Counted from the stretch's first letter, positions 25,930 to 36,077 are shown. The stretch: DNA of 37,592 bases from Candidatus Iainarchaeum sp. (GCA_017610205.1 JAFCCL010000011.1:1-37592); one strand, 5' to 3'. Program-made: numbers and translations. Notes: generated from the letters alone by a model not told the origin.

Positions 25930-26943
25930 ATGTCCGAATTGCATGAAGCATTTTTGTACAAGAAATTGCCTGACGAAAAGGTAGAGTGCAGGCTTTGCAG
26001 GCGCAGTTGTACAATTGCAAATGGTTTGGTTGGGCAATGTGGTGTTAGAAAGAATTTGGATGGCAGGCTGTACTCCCTTGTCTATGGCCGAACCATTACA
26101 AATGACATTGATCCAATTGAGAAAAAGCCGCTTTTCAATTTCAAGCCTGGTTCGCACTGTCTTGGAATTTCAACTTATGGCTGTAACTTTTTTTGCAAGC
26201 ACTGTCAGAACTGGCAGATTAGCCAGCAGCGAAGTGAGAAGGCAATTGCAGCTGTTCCGTTTACTTCTCCCAAGGAAATTGTTGAGCAGGCTTTGGCTGC
26301 CTGTGTGAAAGGAATTGCCTACACATATACGGAACCCACTTGCTTTGCAGAGTATGCTTTGGATACAATGAAGATTGCAAGAAAAAAGGGGCTGTATAAT
26401 GTATGGGTAAGCAATGGATATATGTCCAAAGAATGCATTGACGAAATTGCGCCTTTTTTGGATGCAATAAATGTTGATTTAAAGGGCAATGCCAAGTTTT
26501 ACAAAGAGGTTGTTGGAAATGCAGACATTGAGTTTGTTAAGGAAAACATTGCCTACTTTCACAAAAAGAAAATTCACTTGGAGGTAACAAACTTAATTGT
26601 TCCAGGCTTCAATGACACTGAAAAAGATTTTAAAGAGGTTGTGGAATTTGTTGCATCATTGGATTTGCTTGTGCCGCTGCATTTTACTGCCTTTTGGCCG
26701 CAGTACAAAATGGAACATCTGCCTGCAACAGATGTTTCCAAGCTTCGCAAGGCAAAGGAAATTGCAAAAAAGGCTGGCTTGAAATATGTTTACATTGGAA
26801 ATGTTACAGAACAGGAACCCACTAATTGCCCAAAGTGCGGTGCAGTTTTGATTAAGCGTTCAGGGTTTGCTGGGCAGCCAGTGGGGTTTGGAAGGAAAGG
26901 ACAATGTAAAAAGTGCAGTGCAAAAACAGGAATTGTTGTTTAA
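25930..26943 (+). CDS. AmmeMemoRadiSam-system radical SAM enzyme
   Basis: VECRLCRRSC, DPIEKKPLFNF, CNFFCKHCQNWQISQ, YTYTEP and YVYIGNV..CPKC. Confidence 0.93.
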   Translation: MSELHEAFLYKKLPDEKVECRLCRRSCTIANGLVGQCGVRKNLDGRLYSLVYGRTITNDIDPIEKKPLFNFKPGSHCLGISTYGCNFFCKHCQNWQISQQRSEKAIAAVPFTSPKEIVEQALAACVKGIAYTYTEPTCFAEYALDTMKIARKKGLYNVWVSNGYMSKECIDEIAPFLDAINVDLKGNAKFYKEVVGNADIEFVKENIAYFHKKKIHLEVTNLIVPGFNDTEKDFKEVVEFVASLDLLVPLHFTAFWPQYKMEHLPATDVSKLRKAKEIAKKAGLKYVYIGNVTEQEPTNCPKCGAVLIKRSGFAGQPVGFGRKGQCKKCSAKTGIVV

Positions 26944-26986
26944 GAAATCTTTAAATTATAGTTTTGCCTTTGTATAATCAGTTTTT

Positions 26987-28039
26987 ATGGCGAAGGCTCA
27001 AGCTAGTTTGGAATACCTGATGACCTATGGATGGGCTCTGATAATAATAGCAACAGTCCTAGGCGCACTGGTTTTCATTGTAGCAACACCAACAGACAAC
27101 ACAACCTTTTCCTCAGTAGAGACATCAAAATTCCTCCTAAAAGGCACAAGCATTGATAACACAACAGGAACAGCAGAAATCCTACTGCAAAACACAACAG
27201 GGGGAAACATGGAAATAAACTCAATCATCTTCTCAGGAAACATCGGCGATAGTCTAACAGGCTACACACTAAACGGACAATTCATAAACCCAACAATAGA
27301 CTTTCCGCTTGAACTAACTGCTGGAGCAGAAATCAGCCTAGGCAATCTCTTAATTCAAGAAAATGGCAAAAACAGCAGCATATACATCAACTATACAGAC
27401 TTTGCCGGACTTGAAAAAGAAACAGAAATCAAATCAGGAAGCGGAAGTCCACAAGGCCTGGTAGCCGCATACTGGTTTAATGAAGTCTCAGGCGGCTTTA
27501 CTCCTGATGGCAGCGGAAACAAAAATACAGGGGTCTTGGTCGGACCTCCGACATTGGTTTCTGATTGCCCAAGTGGAGCATGCCTGGAGTTTGGCGGAGA
27601 TGGGGATAGGGTCGGTGTTGGGAATATCGGAACGTTTTCAGAAGTAACGGTTTCTTGGTGGAGAAAAATGAATCCAACAGATGTTACGACTCGAGATATG
27701 TCGAGCACTTATGGAATTACAATCTACAATACAGGGAGTGACAAAACTCAATATCTATTTATGGGCAATGGTACTGCTTGGAGTTCATATGTCAGCTCAA
27801 ATAGTGCTCTTACTAGTAATACTTGGTATAATTTCGTAGGCAGGTATAACGGAATCACAGTTAATTTTTTTATTGATGGTGTTAAACAAAATGTCGAAAA
27901 GTCATTATCACCTTATGTTATGTTGAATAATTTATCAATTGGCTCTGGAGGCTTCAACGGCTCAATCGACCAAGTCACCATCTACAACCGTGCTTTGTCT
28001 GATTCCGAGATTGCTGCAGAGTATGCGCGGAGCCGTTAA
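26987..28039 (+). CDS. Class III signal peptide (pilin-like) protein with a C-terminal LamG/ConA-like domain
   Basis: KAQASLEYLMTYGWALIII prepilin motif; LVAAYWFNE, WYNFVGRY..FFIDG and FNGSIDQVTIYNRALSDSEI. Confidence 0.9.
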   Translation: MAKAQASLEYLMTYGWALIIIATVLGALVFIVATPTDNTTFSSVETSKFLLKGTSIDNTTGTAEILLQNTTGGNMEINSIIFSGNIGDSLTGYTLNGQFINPTIDFPLELTAGAEISLGNLLIQENGKNSSIYINYTDFAGLEKETEIKSGSGSPQGLVAAYWFNEVSGGFTPDGSGNKNTGVLVGPPTLVSDCPSGACLEFGGDGDRVGVGNIGTFSEVTVSWWRKMNPTDVTTRDMSSTYGITIYNTGSDKTQYLFMGNGTAWSSYVSSNSALTSNTWYNFVGRYNGITVNFFIDGVKQNVEKSLSPYVMLNNLSIGSGGFNGSIDQVTIYNRALSDSEIAAEYARSR

Positions 28040-28387
28040 TTAGAACATTCCAAAGAATTTCATTACCAGCATTGCTCCAATTCCTGCCAGTCCAAATATG
28101 ACGCTTATTGCAAGGCTTGGAATGAATGGCAGTTCAACCTGGAAAACGTATGTTAGAAGAACCCATGCTGCAATTCCAAGAATGCTGTTTATTATTATTT
28201 TTTTTAAAAAGAAGAATATTACTACTGCGGAAATTACAAGAATTATTCCGCCTATTAATATTACCGGGTTTCCTGCAAGGTTCAGTGCAGCATTTCCTAC
28301 GTTTTCTGCTGCTCCTGCTGCTCCGTTTCCAATGCCGTCAAGAATTGAGTCCGGTACCGGAATTTCAAGGAATGGAATGTTTACCAT
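28040..28387 (-). CDS. BofA-like small membrane protein
   Basis: KKIIINSILG...IFGLAG pattern with three TM segments. Confidence 0.7.
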   Translation of the reverse strand: MVNIPFLEIPVPDSILDGIGNGAAGAAENVGNAALNLAGNPVILIGGIILVISAVVIFFFLKKIIINSILGIAAWVLLTYVFQVELPFIPSLAISVIFGLAGIGAMLVMKFFGMF

Positions 28388-28530
28388 GTGTTAATTGTTG
28401 TGCAAAACAAATTTTAAGGGAATTGAATTTGCCAAAAACATTTTTTATTTGAATTGTTGCCAAAAATGTGCCTTTGCCGAAATTGTGTCCCTGTGTTTGG
28501 TTTAAAAATTTTTCCAGTCTAAATTTTTGC

Positions 28531-29166
28531 ATGGCAAGGTTTAGTGAAGAGCAGAAAAGGATTGCGTTGCTTTTGATTCATGGTCCCAAAACGCCTGAGG
28601 AATTGAATTCACAGCTTAATATTCCTTTCAACAAGCTTACTGATGAGCTTAAGGCAATGATGAAGCTTGGGGTAATTGAAAAGCAGGGTTTTCCAACAAA
28701 ATATACTCTTAAGAAAAACATTGCTTCAGAGGTCCAAAAGCGCAAAAAGATTGCCGAAACAGACATAAATAAGCTTAGAATAAGGGCTTTTATTGAAATG
28801 CAGGCAATTGAAGAAGAGCTTTTAAAAAAGCAGATAAAACAGCTTGAAGAGGCAATGGAAAAAGACAAAAGTTTTACACTTTACAACCTTGACAAAGCTC
28901 CGATTGAAAAGCTTGATGAATATTATTCAACTTACTTTGAGCTAAATTTTAGCGTAAAGGATTTTGCTTCTCTGATAAGGTTTATGTTCTTTTACGGCCC
29001 AAGCAGTGTAGAGGTTGTAAAGCCTGCAAAAATAGAATTTTCTGCACACGACCTTCAGGATGGATTAATGGAAGCAGCTGACATGGTGCAAAAATACAGT
29101 CAGGCAATTCACAAGCTAATGAACAGGGACGAGCTTGCAAAATTCAATACCAATCTATACAAATAA
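28531..29166 (+). CDS. Conserved archaeal protein with an N-terminal winged-HTH
   Basis: GPKTPEELNSQLNIP..LKAMMKLGVI (wHTH) and C-terminal FMFFYGPSSVEVVKP. TTTAAA at 28501 supports the ATG at 28531. Confidence 0.75.
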   Translation: MARFSEEQKRIALLLIHGPKTPEELNSQLNIPFNKLTDELKAMMKLGVIEKQGFPTKYTLKKNIASEVQKRKKIAETDINKLRIRAFIEMQAIEEELLKKQIKQLEEAMEKDKSFTLYNLDKAPIEKLDEYYSTYFELNFSVKDFASLIRFMFFYGPSSVEVVKPAKIEFSAHDLQDGLMEAADMVQKYSQAIHKLMNRDELAKFNTNLYK

Positions 29167-29171
29167 AACAA

Positions 29172-29240
29172 AAATTTCAATGTACTTTCAAAAATTTTAA
29201 TGCAAGTTAAATTTCAATGTACTTTCAAAAATTTTAATGC
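29172..29240. repeat. Perfect 32-bp direct repeat, 2 copies, 5-bp spacer
   Basis: AAATTTCAATGTACTTTCAAAAATTTTAATGC at 29172-29203 and 29209-29240. Confidence 0.95.
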
Positions 29241-29395
29241 GATTTTATCCAAACCAAACCCTGCATTTATTTTCAATTTTTTTCGTCAAATGTGGAAAAA
29301 CACATACTTCGACAATTGTACAAGGTCTTTTCTGCAAAAGGGGTAATTTTGCCCTTGTTGGCTTAAAGAAGGCATTTTAAGTCTTTTTGGCAGGC

Positions 29396-29525
29396 GAAAA
29401 GTATTTAAATATGCTCATGTTATTAGGTTATGAGTCTAGCTAGACAACATAGTGCCTTTTCGAAAAAAAAACACGATCGTGAAAGGAACACCTAGACTTA
29501 TTTTTTGTAAAAAAAAGAGGTGAAA
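29396..29525 (+). promoter_or_regulatory. S-layer gene promoter (BRE+TATA), structured 5' UTR and RBS
   Basis: CGAAAAGTATTTAAATA at about 29395-29411; TGAGTCTAG(29431)/CTAGACTTA(29500) stem; GAGGTGA upstream of the ATG at 29532. Confidence 0.6.
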
Positions 29526-29531
29526 CAATAT

Positions 29532-32500
29532 ATGAAAGGATTGAGCATAAAGAAACTTGCCGCAATAGCGGTAGGTGGAGCTTTAGTTGGTTCAGCCCTT
29601 GCGCCATTGGCGGCTGCAATTGATATCTCAAAATCAGATGTCATTGGAGCAACAGGTTCACCTGTAGTTAATGTTGTTGCCGGAGATATGGCAGCAGCAA
29701 GCGACTTTGTATGGGCAGGAAATATTGCCGCAAGAGTTGCACAGTTGGCTACAGTCGAAACCTCACTAACAGGCGGAGAAGGGTCAGCTACACCAACAGA
29801 CTTAACTGTCGACTTGGCTATTGGCGGATCAACAAGCTATAGCACAGAATACGCAAAAACATATGACGGAAGCAACTACCCATTGAGCAATGCCGCAAAC
29901 TCTCCGGAGTTTATAAAAGCAGCAAGTTCAGGCCAGTTGCCATTCCTGACAAACACTACAAAGAGTTACCGATACAACAGCTCTTCATACAATATTACTG
30001 TAAAGGAAACTATAGGAATCACAGCAGATGCAGGGTTTATAAGCCAAAAACCAATTAAGGACCTTGTTGTCTACATGGATAATACTGGAGATTTCAACTA
30101 TGTCCTTGATTTGGGTGACGGAATACCTTGCAGAGCAGGAAGTGACACAGCAGCTAATTCAGCGCTAAAGTTCACTGACACAGACGACGACCACATTCTA
30201 ATCCCATTTATGGGCGAAGAATTTACTGTACAGGAATGTGACATGATTAGTGCAACAAAACAGATAAAACTAATAAAAGAATCTGCAAAAGCAACATACA
30301 ACGAGGGAGACACAATCCCAGGCCTTGTTGGAAAAGGCGCATATGCCGGACAGGAAATGTCTGTAAAGCTGGCAGCAGTAACACAGGCAAGCGGCACTGA
30401 CCCATACCAGGCAAGGTTTGACTTGTATGATGCTGAGGGAAACCTTGTTGACAGCCAGACAAGAAGTCCAGGAATTTATCTAAACAACAACTTCCTTGAC
30501 GCAGAAGGAGCATATGCATTGGAAACAGTTGTATATGTTTCATCAATCAATGTTGAACCAACTTCAAGCCGCGGTGTAATGACCATGGTTGTTGGAAAAA
30601 ACGTTGTGACTCTTGCCAACGGCAAGCAGTACCCATATGACTCAACAAACACTGATACATCAACGTATTTGTGGACATCAGATATTGACCAAAATACTTC
30701 AACAACAACAGTAAATGTTCCAACAGTAACTGCAATAACTATTAAAAACCAATTTGAAGTTTGGAACAGCGAACAGCCTCTTTGGAGTGCAAATAGCAGC
30801 CTTACAGAAGCTGGAGTAGAAGCTGCTGCAGCCGGCGGTGACATAGCTCACTTCCTGCAGGGTGAAGAGTCAAGTCTTGGCTATGACTTTGTCAAAATAA
30901 AGTTTGACGGATTCAAAGAAGATCAGGACACAACAAATATAATCTATGGAAACAACAAGATTGTTTACAGAGACTCAGAGAATACAAAAAGGGAAATTCC
31001 TTTTTGGATTAAGTTGCAAAGCAAGCCACAATCAGGAGTAGCTACAGAAGGACTGGTATTCACAGACATTGGCGGAATAGACTTCTATTCAAAGTGCTAC
31101 AAGCCAGCATCAGACGGAGTTGTAACACTCAATATATATGACAACAACTATCTGAACGGAGCCCAGTTGAATATATATGCGGAAACTGCTGGAAAAAGAA
31201 CTGTATATATAACAACAGACATTGGTGACGTGAACATCTTTGATGCCAACAACACTAGTATAGATGTTGACCTAAATGGTGTGCAGTTTACAGTAACTGA
31301 GGCTATTGTCCCACAAGCTGGCGGAACTGCTTACTGGGGTGCAACTTTGGAAGCAGACGGAAACTGCAGTTATGCTGGAGAAGCATGGTCATCTACAGGA
31401 ACAAACAATGCACACCTAATGCCAAGTGACCCTATGACAGGCACAGCATCATCTTCAGTGACAACAATTGAACTAACTGGAGACGAAACAAATTCAATAT
31501 ACTTCGATGACGACAACACTACAAGGACTCCTGGCAGAATGCCAATAAACTTCGTAAGAAGTTCTTATGCACCAGATACCTACAGATATGTACAATACTA
31601 TAGTGCAGCAGCTACTGGTCAAACAGGTGATGGATATCTCTACCTGTTACTCCATGAATCAACAAACTTCAGCAATACCTTCACTTCTGCTGACGCAAAC
31701 TTTTGCGGAACAGACCACCAAGAACTTGGAGACTACGGTCCAACAGAACCTGTTTTATCTACTGGATCTAAAGGCGGTGCAACAGAAAAGTACTACCCTT
31801 GGTATCTGCCTGATGAAGAGGCCTTTAACCTGGATCCAACAGACAACGACTTTGTCATAGGAATATTCGGAGCAAAAACCAACAATACTAACTGGAACAA
31901 TTTCAGAGTCCACATAGATACAACAACAGACAATTTGATAGCTCTCCCAAACAGTGAACTGTCAAACTACGTTGCAGATGTCAACTATGTTGGCAACTTT
32001 GATTCAGCTACAGAACCTAGGTGGGTACTGAAATCAAGAACTGACACAGACTCAGCATTGCACGCTGGTGTCATAGATTATGGTACTACTGCAACACTGA
32101 CAGACGATATGCAGACAGTTACTTTCGTCGTCCCTGAATCACAACTCTACCTAAGCCTGAGTTTATTGGGTGAAGGTGCTACGCAGACTGTAACTGGCGG
32201 AGAGACAGCTGAAGGCGTCGTATCTGGAGAAACTGTAAATATCGGTGGAAAGAATATTACTGTGGAAAGCATTGGCTATACCGCAGGAACATGCACTGTT
32301 GAAGGTGCAACCTACCCACAGATAGTTCCAGTAAACCAGTTGGTCTACACAGACTCACCAGCTCCAGCAGGAAACCACATCATTGTAGGTGGTTACCTTG
32401 TCAACAAGCTGGCTGAAGGCGTTGTTTTAGGCGACGGTTCAACATTGCAGGAAGCTTTAACTGCTCCTGGTGAAAAAGTGGCAGAAGTCCTATCAAACGG

Positions 32501-32585
32501 CAACATTGTTGTCGCAGGATACACTGCACTTGACACCAAATCAGCAGCACAAGAGCTAATCGCAGCTTTGGACACAATGGCATAA
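29532..32585 (+). CDS. S-layer protein (methanococcal/MJ0822-like termini, large variable middle)
   Basis: MKGLSIKKLAAIAVGGALVGSALA signal peptide, VVAGDMAAASDFVWAGNIA, C-terminal IIVGGYLVNKL and IVVAGY; acidic, Thr-rich, with many NxS/T sequons. Confidence 0.9.
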   Translation: MKGLSIKKLAAIAVGGALVGSALAPLAAAIDISKSDVIGATGSPVVNVVAGDMAAASDFVWAGNIAARVAQLATVETSLTGGEGSATPTDLTVDLAIGGSTSYSTEYAKTYDGSNYPLSNAANSPEFIKAASSGQLPFLTNTTKSYRYNSSSYNITVKETIGITADAGFISQKPIKDLVVYMDNTGDFNYVLDLGDGIPCRAGSDTAANSALKFTDTDDDHILIPFMGEEFTVQECDMISATKQIKLIKESAKATYNEGDTIPGLVGKGAYAGQEMSVKLAAVTQASGTDPYQARFDLYDAEGNLVDSQTRSPGIYLNNNFLDAEGAYALETVVYVSSINVEPTSSRGVMTMVVGKNVVTLANGKQYPYDSTNTDTSTYLWTSDIDQNTSTTTVNVPTVTAITIKNQFEVWNSEQPLWSANSSLTEAGVEAAAAGGDIAHFLQGEESSLGYDFVKIKFDGFKEDQDTTNIIYGNNKIVYRDSENTKREIPFWIKLQSKPQSGVATEGLVFTDIGGIDFYSKCYKPASDGVVTLNIYDNNYLNGAQLNIYAETAGKRTVYITTDIGDVNIFDANNTSIDVDLNGVQFTVTEAIVPQAGGTAYWGATLEADGNCSYAGEAWSSTGTNNAHLMPSDPMTGTASSSVTTIELTGDETNSIYFDDDNTTRTPGRMPINFVRSSYAPDTYRYVQYYSAAATGQTGDGYLYLLLHESTNFSNTFTSADANFCGTDHQELGDYGPTEPVLSTGSKGGATEKYYPWYLPDEEAFNLDPTDNDFVIGIFGAKTNNTNWNNFRVHIDTTTDNLIALPNSELSNYVADVNYVGNFDSATEPRWVLKSRTDTDSALHAGVIDYGTTATLTDDMQTVTFVVPESQLYLSLSLLGEGATQTVTGGETAEGVVSGETVNIGGKNITVESIGYTAGTCTVEGATYPQIVPVNQLVYTDSPAPAGNHIIVGGYLVNKLAEGVVLGDGSTLQEALTAPGEKVAEVLSNGNIVVAGYTALDTKSAAQELIAALDTMA

Positions 32586-32597
32586 TTTAATGAAAAC

Positions 32598-32640
32598 ATT
32601 GGGTTTGAAAAAACCCAATTTTTTCCTTTTTTTATTTTTT
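32598..32640 (+). terminator. Hairpin plus U-tract terminator of the S-layer gene
   Basis: ATTGGGTTT-GAAA-AAACCCAAT followed by T runs. Confidence 0.8.
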
Positions 32641-32684
32641 TGCAAGTTTTTTAATTAAACCAAAACTTGTTATGTATAAGTCAA

Positions 32685-32950
32685 CCTGTTTTTTTTTGTG
32701 TGAATTTTTTGTGTGAATTTTTTTGTAATTTGTAAATTTTTTTCTATATGATTTTTTTTTTGGAAGTGGCGGCAAGGCGTTTTTTTTTGTTTTTTGTAAT
32801 TTTGTTTTTTGTAATTTTTTTGGTAATGTGTGAATTTTTTTTGTAATTTTTGTTTGGTTTTTTCCCTTTTTTTATTTTTTTGTAATTTTTTTATGATTTT
32901 TGTAATTTTTTCTTTTTTGTGCGTGTTTTTATTTCTTTTGCTTTTAATTT
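32685..32950. repeat. T-rich low-complexity tract with recurring TTTGTAATTT and TGTGAATTTTT units
   Basis: Multiple irregularly spaced copies are visible, with strong strand skew. Confidence 0.75.
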
Positions 32951-32955
32951 TCTTT

Positions 32956-33561
32956 ATGAACAAACGTTTTGTTTTGCCTTTGGCAGTTGTTGTTGTAACC
33001 CTTGTTGTGGCAATTGCAATTTTTGCATTTGTGCCTTTTCAAAAAGCTCTTTTGGTTGAAGATGTTCTTATAATCTCTGAAGGAAACCCTTTTGAAATTT
33101 TTCCGGAATTTGCAGAAAACAATGTTTTTCTTATAAGCCCTCAGATGAATGAAAAGGCAAAGAGTGTTGACCATGCAATTTTCAATGGAACTGCCTTGTT
33201 TTTACAGGTGCTTGAGGGAAATGGTCGTAATACTGTTCAAGTTCTTAGGATTTATGATTCTGAAGAAAATTTTGTATACTGCCTTACTAATTTAGGCGAT
33301 GTTACAGTTTCCGAAGAGCTTTCACCGGAAGAATGTTTGGAATACCTTTCCTCTGAAAATGGTGCAATAGTACTTATTGAATCTCCTGACAAAACTCTGT
33401 CAAAACCAGTTATTGAAATAAGTGCAAACAAGCTTGTTGTAAGACCAAAAACAAATGATGACATTGGTGATACCAGTTTTCTTGCTCTGAGAATAATGTT
33501 TACAAACAGCGAAGAAATTATAGCTGGAGCAAACACTATTTTGAGCAACTTTACTGGCTAA
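32956..33561 (+). CDS. Hypothetical membrane-anchored protein
   Basis: MNKRFVLPLAVVVVTLVVAIAIFAF N-terminal anchor. The upstream ORF extension is only the T-rich tract. Confidence 0.75.
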   Translation: MNKRFVLPLAVVVVTLVVAIAIFAFVPFQKALLVEDVLIISEGNPFEIFPEFAENNVFLISPQMNEKAKSVDHAIFNGTALFLQVLEGNGRNTVQVLRIYDSEENFVYCLTNLGDVTVSEELSPEECLEYLSSENGAIVLIESPDKTLSKPVIEISANKLVVRPKTNDDIGDTSFLALRIMFTNSEEIIAGANTILSNFTG

Positions 33562-33755
33562 AGATGTCAATTTTAGCCATTAAAGGGTGATTTTTATGCT
33601 TTTTTTGCTAAAATGTTGTTTTGAAAGCCGTTCTGTTTTAATAAAAACAGCTGAATTGCCGCGTTGAAAAGGTTTTTTTTAAGGGTTTTTTTTGGGGGAT
33701 TACCTTTAAATTACTGTTTCAGCCTTTTAATTTACAGGGGGAGATAGCTTTTTTT

Positions 33756-36077
33756 ATGAGTCTTAAAATTCGTCAGATTCCTGTTGCAGCCTGCATTCTT
33801 TTTGCAACAGTTCTTATTGCAGCATTGCTTGTTCCTGCATGGAGTTCTTTTCCAATAATTGCTTTTTCAAGCACAAGCGTTTTTTTGGAAGAATACAATT
33901 CAAAGGCCTACAATGGAGAAGAAGCTTGTGTAAAGATGAATTTTCATGTGCCTGAAAACATTCTTGCTGAAACAGTTGTTTTGAGAATTTTTAGTGAAAA
34001 TGTTCCATTATTTTTTGAGGAATTTGATGCTGTTGGAAAGGACTTTAAAAAAACAGTTTGTTTTTCAACAGATGCTTTGTCAACAGGTGACAACAGGATT
34101 GAAGTGCTTGCATTTGGTAAAAATCTTTTTTTCCACCTTGAAAAAATCAACGGGGTAAAGCCTTTTGCAAAAGATACCTTGCTTGAAAATGTTTTGTTAG
34201 AGGATGGTGCTGTAAATTTTTCTGTAAAAAATTTTGATACTGGGTTTGTTAGGCCTGTTGAAATAATGGTTAATGGCAAGCTTGATCACACGGTTTATCC
34301 TGTAGAGGAAGACCAGTTTTTTTCAGAAAAAATAAAAATGGATCCGGGTCAAAATACTGTGAGTCTTTCTTTTGGAGGAAAAACGCTGGAAAAAAGTTTT
34401 GAAAAACAGGCAAGCCCTTCAATTCCTTTTCCTCTGGGGCTTGCATTGATTGTTTTTGCATTGATTGTTTTTGCCTGTTGTCTTTCTCCTGAACGTGGTT
34501 TTTTTGAAAAGGCTGCATTAGGCATGGCAATTTCTTTTGCGCTAATAATAGTGCTTGTTTTTTCACTAAACTATCTTGACATCCTAAGCTTTTATTCTGT
34601 GGCAGGATTCTTTATTGCAATAGTCTTTGCAGTGCTTTTACTTTTTAGAAAAAATGTCAAAAAAGAGATTTTGAAAAAAATGAATGTCAAAATCACTCCT
34701 TTAATTGCAGTGGCAATAGCCCTTTTCCTTATTGTTCCGGTTGTCTTTCACGTATTTTCATTTACTGATGTAACTTATTGGAACAAGTTTTATGAACGGC
34801 AGTCTGCAATGATAATTGTACAAGAATCAATTCCTGTTTGGGACGAACTTGCATATCTTGGAAGAACCTATTCATTTGCGCCTGGTTATTTCCTAATGGA
34901 ATCAGGAATTGGCTGGATTACAGGGCTTGAAGGCCAGGAAATTTATGTTGCAATGCTTGTCTTGTCCAATGCATTCCTATTTGTTTCACTGTTTTTTCTG
35001 GGAAAAACCCTCAGGCTTGAAAACAATCGCATTGCCTTGTTTTCCTTGCTTGCAGCAATGAGTGGATTTTTACTTTCGGCTATGTGTTACTCTCCAAGGC
35101 ATGTGTTTTCCTTTTCATTTTTCATCATTGCGCTTGCATTGCTTTGCAGCCAAAGAAAGACTGTTGTTGCAGGTTTTTTCCTTGCAATAGCTGCTTTTGT
35201 TCAATTTCCCCTTATAATATTTTTCCCGCTGTTTTATGCAATTATTACGAAAAAGGTTGAGTGGAGTAGACTGGCTAAAACATTTGGGTTTGCGTTGGTT
35301 TTTACTTTAATTTTAATGGTTCCAAACCTTTTGCTTTATGGCCTTCCATTCCAGGCAAGCCCTGAAGAGTGGGGTTATCTCATAGATTACAGTGCCTATT
35401 ACTGGTTTATTGACATTGTTGCAATTCTTGTATTTTTCTTATTCTTCACTTTTATTGATATTGTAAAAAGAAGGGCTTGTACCGATTTTTACTCAAAAAA
35501 ACTTCTTGCAGGTTTTGTGCTTGGTACCCTAATACAGCTTTTTGTTATTTACAGGTGGAATATTCTGACAACAACAACCCTTGCATTGCTTATTGCTGTT
35601 GCATTTCCAAAGGGATGTTTCAAAACTCCTTTTGTTGAAAAACTTACTGCAGTTCTTATGATTGTGGCGTTTGCATTTCTTTTGTTTGGCATGTCCTACC
35701 TTAATGTCCACGAGATTGTTACAACTCCTGTTTCGTTTATTGAGCAGAGGACTAGTACGGATTCAAGAGTACTTGCAGATCCAATGTTTGGTCATGACAT
35801 AACCTCTGTTGCTGAACGTCCTGCGTTGGCAGATTTAAGGGTTGAATATGCTGATGAGGAAAAGCTTTTGGATGCATACAAATTCCTTGAAACAAAAGAT
35901 TATTCCGTTCTTGAAAAATATGGGATTACCCATGTCTTTAATCAGGTTGATTATATTCACCGGCAGGCGATTGGAGGCAAGCCAAAATATGGTATAATAG
36001 AATTTTACCCTCTTGACAAGGTTTACAGCAATGGATTTATATTTGTGCACCGGGTAATGCCTGGTGAAAAGAAGTGA
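33756..36077 (+). CDS. Large polytopic membrane protein, possibly a GT-C-type glycosyltransferase
   Basis: Soluble N-terminal domain, many TM helices, loop DVTYWNKFY...WDELAYLGRTYSFAPGY, and a C-terminal soluble domain RVLADPMFG...LEKYGITHVF; close to the S-layer gene. Confidence 0.6.
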   Translation: MSLKIRQIPVAACILFATVLIAALLVPAWSSFPIIAFSSTSVFLEEYNSKAYNGEEACVKMNFHVPENILAETVVLRIFSENVPLFFEEFDAVGKDFKKTVCFSTDALSTGDNRIEVLAFGKNLFFHLEKINGVKPFAKDTLLENVLLEDGAVNFSVKNFDTGFVRPVEIMVNGKLDHTVYPVEEDQFFSEKIKMDPGQNTVSLSFGGKTLEKSFEKQASPSIPFPLGLALIVFALIVFACCLSPERGFFEKAALGMAISFALIIVLVFSLNYLDILSFYSVAGFFIAIVFAVLLLFRKNVKKEILKKMNVKITPLIAVAIALFLIVPVVFHVFSFTDVTYWNKFYERQSAMIIVQESIPVWDELAYLGRTYSFAPGYFLMESGIGWITGLEGQEIYVAMLVLSNAFLFVSLFFLGKTLRLENNRIALFSLLAAMSGFLLSAMCYSPRHVFSFSFFIIALALLCSQRKTVVAGFFLAIAAFVQFPLIIFFPLFYAIITKKVEWSRLAKTFGFALVFTLILMVPNLLLYGLPFQASPEEWGYLIDYSAYYWFIDIVAILVFFLFFTFIDIVKRRACTDFYSKKLLAGFVLGTLIQLFVIYRWNILTTTTLALLIAVAFPKGCFKTPFVEKLTAVLMIVAFAFLLFGMSYLNVHEIVTTPVSFIEQRTSTDSRVLADPMFGHDITSVAERPALADLRVEYADEEKLLDAYKFLETKDYSVLEKYGITHVFNQVDYIHRQAIGGKPKYGIIEFYPLDKVYSNGFIFVHRVMPGEKK

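Noticed and set aside
29172-29240. CRISPR mini-array
   Set aside because: Only two units, a 5-bp spacer and no cas genes in the window.
32670-32963. 97-aa Lys-rich ORF and the Phe-rich N-terminal extension of ORF 32830
   Set aside because: Both are translations of the T-rich low-complexity tract.
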